Positions 21,958 through 24,000 of a stretch of DNA of 24,000 bases are shown one piece after another (position 1 is the stretch's first letter; each line of letters begins with the position of its first letter). The notes under the pieces are model-generated. The model had not been told where the DNA came from. It saw nothing but the letters and a program-made list of their open reading frames with translations, and made no database searches. Source of the stretch: Lyticum sinuosum. Lineage in GTDB: Bacteria > Pseudomonadota > Alphaproteobacteria > Rickettsiales > Midichloriaceae. A program made the position numbers and the translations under genes. The stretch is taken from contig NZ_JARGYU010000002.1 of NCBI RefSeq assembly GCF_034471385.1, forward strand, positions 163,793-187,792. Direction: 5' to 3'.

Positions 21958-24000
21958 TTATCTAAACCTTAATAAATCTATAATACTATCTATTTTACGA
22001 TTCTCCATTTTTTGAATACTAATATTTACATCTTGTAATTTTGATAATAAATGAAATTTTGATAATTCTTCATTAAAATCAATACCAGTTTGATTTTGCA
22101 AATCATCATCTATTTGTATATATATTTTTAATTTTCTATCATAAGAACCTTTTGTTGATGCTGCTGTTTTAGTTATAGATGAATTAAAAAAAATGATATT
22201 ATCAAATAATGTCCCACTGTTAAGATATGGAACTCCAGTATCAAAGAGCCGTTTTTGATACATTTTATTGTAAACTTCTATCATATCATCATCTTCGATA
22301 TCGCTATCTGTATAAAAAAATACATTTGAATTATTAGTACTTGAAGCTTTAGCTAATGCGAACATATTTGGATTTTTTTTAATATCATCACGAATTCTGA
22401 TATTTTTTGCAGAAAATTTCATAATTTCATCAATAGAGTTAAATTTCTCAGCTTTTTGACTAGGATCATTAATTAAGAAGAGATCATTTAAACCAAAAAA
22501 ATCACTAAAATTTCTATCTTTTTTATTTATCTTACCATCAGTATACCCATTCAATAAGCTATTATCAGAATTTATAATTATTCCAGAATTAGAAGATAAA
22601 GATTTAATTTGTAAGAATCCAAAGTTATTTGCAGGATAATCATCACTATCAACTAAATTAACTTCAATCATATTTTCATTATCATTATCTAAAATTATTG
22701 AGTTTTGATTACTTTTTTTAAGATTTCCATCTTTATCAATAACATTAGTTGCATAAAATCTATCATTTCTTCTACCATTTATACTTAATTCTGAATCTTC
22801 CTTAAATGGTATTTCAAATATAATATCATTTTTTTTGTTAATTCTATTTTCAATTAAATTAGTTTTTACTTCAACTTTTAGTGGATAATTAGATTCATTC
22901 AATTGATTTACTGCTAGATTATCAATTACAATTTTTGGTCCATTAATAAATGAACTACGTTGTCTCCCACCTTGAAGTTTCATTTCACATAAACCATTAA
23001 CATATGATGGAATTATATTTCCATTTTTATCATATATTATAGCAGACTCTAAAATAAAAGATGGATTTTCATTATAATTTAAATTATTAGTAATACTTTC
23101 TTGAGGATCTTCAATAAAAACAGTGATATCTAGATCAAATTCAGATATTTTTTGTGTGAGAGATGCTAGCTGGAGGTCGTATATAGTATCTCCATATGAT
23201 ATACAACTTTCCTTATTCCCAAGAGATTTTATCTCATCAATAATTGACTGAATATTTACAATATTAGAGCTAGACTCAGCTATAGTTTCAAACTGTAAAT
23301 CTATAGTAGGAATTTTTCCAATATTTCTAGATTCTTCAGTAACACCAAATTTATCAACTAAAGATATGTAAGCAACTCCTTTAGCATGTATTAATTCATC
23401 TAAAGAAATATTATGTGTACCAGTCAATGTTGGGTTATTAATTAAAGATGTACCTTTATTATGACAACTATTGATAGAATCAGATAAAATATAAGCTAAA
23501 TTATCTAATTTTGATAAAATTGAAGGAATAATATCATCACGGAGATCAAGAAGACCAGATATTTTTCCTTGACTTACTTTAGAAGAACACTGATCTCCAT
23601 ATCCACTATTAACAAGGATAATTTCTCCTTCTCCTAATTTATTTACGTTAATTGGAACAATACTAATTTTGGAGAATTCTATACTTTTGTTAGAATTCAT
23701 CATATCTATTGCTGATTCATTCTTATATTTTATAAAATATTCCTGTTCCCCTACTATTTTATATCCACCATTATTAATTATAATATTTAGAAATCCTTTT
23801 GAATCCTCATATGTACTGAAAGAAAAAAATTCTGATAATTTTATCAACTTTTGATTGATACTTTCTTCTATACTAGTATAACTAAGACTATTTTTTTCAA
23901 CCATTAGTTTTTGAACATTCATCTCATATATTTCATGAATTATATTATTTACTTGATTTATAGAAGTTTCTAAATCTGATGAGACTTCATCTATAATATT
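21958..24000 (-). CDS. flgK: flagellar hook-associated protein 1 (FlgK), N-terminus beyond the window end
   Basis: The frame stays open from the ATG at 23922 to nt 24000 (26 further codons, NIIDEVSSDLETSINQVNNIIHEIYE). This resembles the FlgK N-terminal helical region, so the true start lies outside the window. The C-terminus (GIDFNEELSKFHLLSKLQDVNISIQKMENRKIDSIIDLL) matches the conserved flagellar hook-associated C-terminal helix. The size, over 680 aa, fits FlgK rather than FlgL. Confidence 0.7.
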   Translation of the reverse strand, partial: NIIDEVSSDLETSINQVNNIIHEIYEMNVQKLMVEKNSLSYTSIEESINQKLIKLSEFFSFSTYEDSKGFLNIIINNGGYKIVGEQEYFIKYKNESAIDMMNSNKSIEFSKISIVPINVNKLGEGEIILVNSGYGDQCSSKVSQGKISGLLDLRDDIIPSILSKLDNLAYILSDSINSCHNKGTSLINNPTLTGTHNISLDELIHAKGVAYISLVDKFGVTEESRNIGKIPTIDLQFETIAESSSNIVNIQSIIDEIKSLGNKESCISYGDTIYDLQLASLTQKISEFDLDITVFIEDPQESITNNLNYNENPSFILESAIIYDKNGNIIPSYVNGLCEMKLQGGRQRSSFINGPKIVIDNLAVNQLNESNYPLKVEVKTNLIENRINKKNDIIFEIPFKEDSELSINGRRNDRFYATNVIDKDGNLKKSNQNSIILDNDNENMIEVNLVDSDDYPANNFGFLQIKSLSSNSGIIINSDNSLLNGYTDGKINKKDRNFSDFFGLNDLFLINDPSQKAEKFNSIDEIMKFSAKNIRIRDDIKKNPNMFALAKASSTNNSNVFFYTDSDIEDDDMIEVYNKMYQKRLFDTGVPYLNSGTLFDNIIFFNSSITKTAASTKGSYDRKLKIYIQIDDDLQNQTGIDFNEELSKFHLLSKLQDVNISIQKMENRKIDSIIDLLRFR

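Noticed and set aside
19458-22085. thiN-hisS as the cargo of an integrative mobile element using the flgK 3' end as its att site
   Set aside because: There is no integrase, recombinase, transposase or tRNA target. The cargo consists of essential housekeeping genes with the same composition as their surroundings. I keep it only as a geometric analogy in the finding, not as a mobile_element call.
23669-23854. 61-aa plus-strand ORF
   Set aside because: It is antisense within flgK.
1-24000. tRNA, rRNA, tmRNA or other structured RNA genes in the spacers
   Set aside because: RNA genes in genomes this AT-rich stand out as G+C-richer islands. None of the spacers contains such an island or a recognisable tRNA cloverleaf or T-loop (GTTCGAAT-like) sequence by eye.

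Overview
This is an extremely AT-rich bacterial chromosome segment (by eye roughly 20-25% G+C, not computed). It uses the standard genetic code: Trp is TGG, and the stops are TAA and TGA.

Gene content suggests a reduced, probably host-associated alphaproteobacterium (Rickettsiales/Holosporales-like). The supporting genes are secB divergent from a Tim44-like gene, ccmA-ccmB, rpmF-plsX-fabH, and a flagellar flgK. I cannot name the organism.

I call 17 CDS:
- folB (partial), rpoA and prfA
- two giant orphan ORFs
- pepA, rpmF, plsX and fabH
- an SSF-family symporter, secB and a Tim44-like protein
- ccmA, ccmB, a thiamine pyrophosphokinase, hisS and flgK (partial)

About 4.1 kb of the 24 kb lies between CDS calls. 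I saw no rRNA, tRNA, CRISPR array, transposase or integrase.

Main points of interest:
1. A tandem pair of 930-aa and 731-aa orphan Lys/Glu/Asn-rich coiled-coil proteins (3617-8916) sits between prfA and pepA. Both have internal hydrophobic segments, perfect in-frame tandem repeats and His-rich tails. This is the best candidate for a lineage-specific, undescribed host-interaction or membrane module.
2. There are four independent near-identical duplications of a gene 3' tail plus spacer, all anchored at the 3' ends of minus-strand genes (rpoA, pepA, symporter, flgK). In one case, direct repeats derived from the flgK tail bracket the thiN-hisS block.
3. The CcmA homologue appears degenerate at every ATPase catalytic motif.
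4. Asn/Lys/Asp low-complexity insertions, including recurring DNK/KDNN tandem codon repeats, occur inside otherwise conserved housekeeping proteins.

All homology statements come from by-eye motif recognition. No database search was run.
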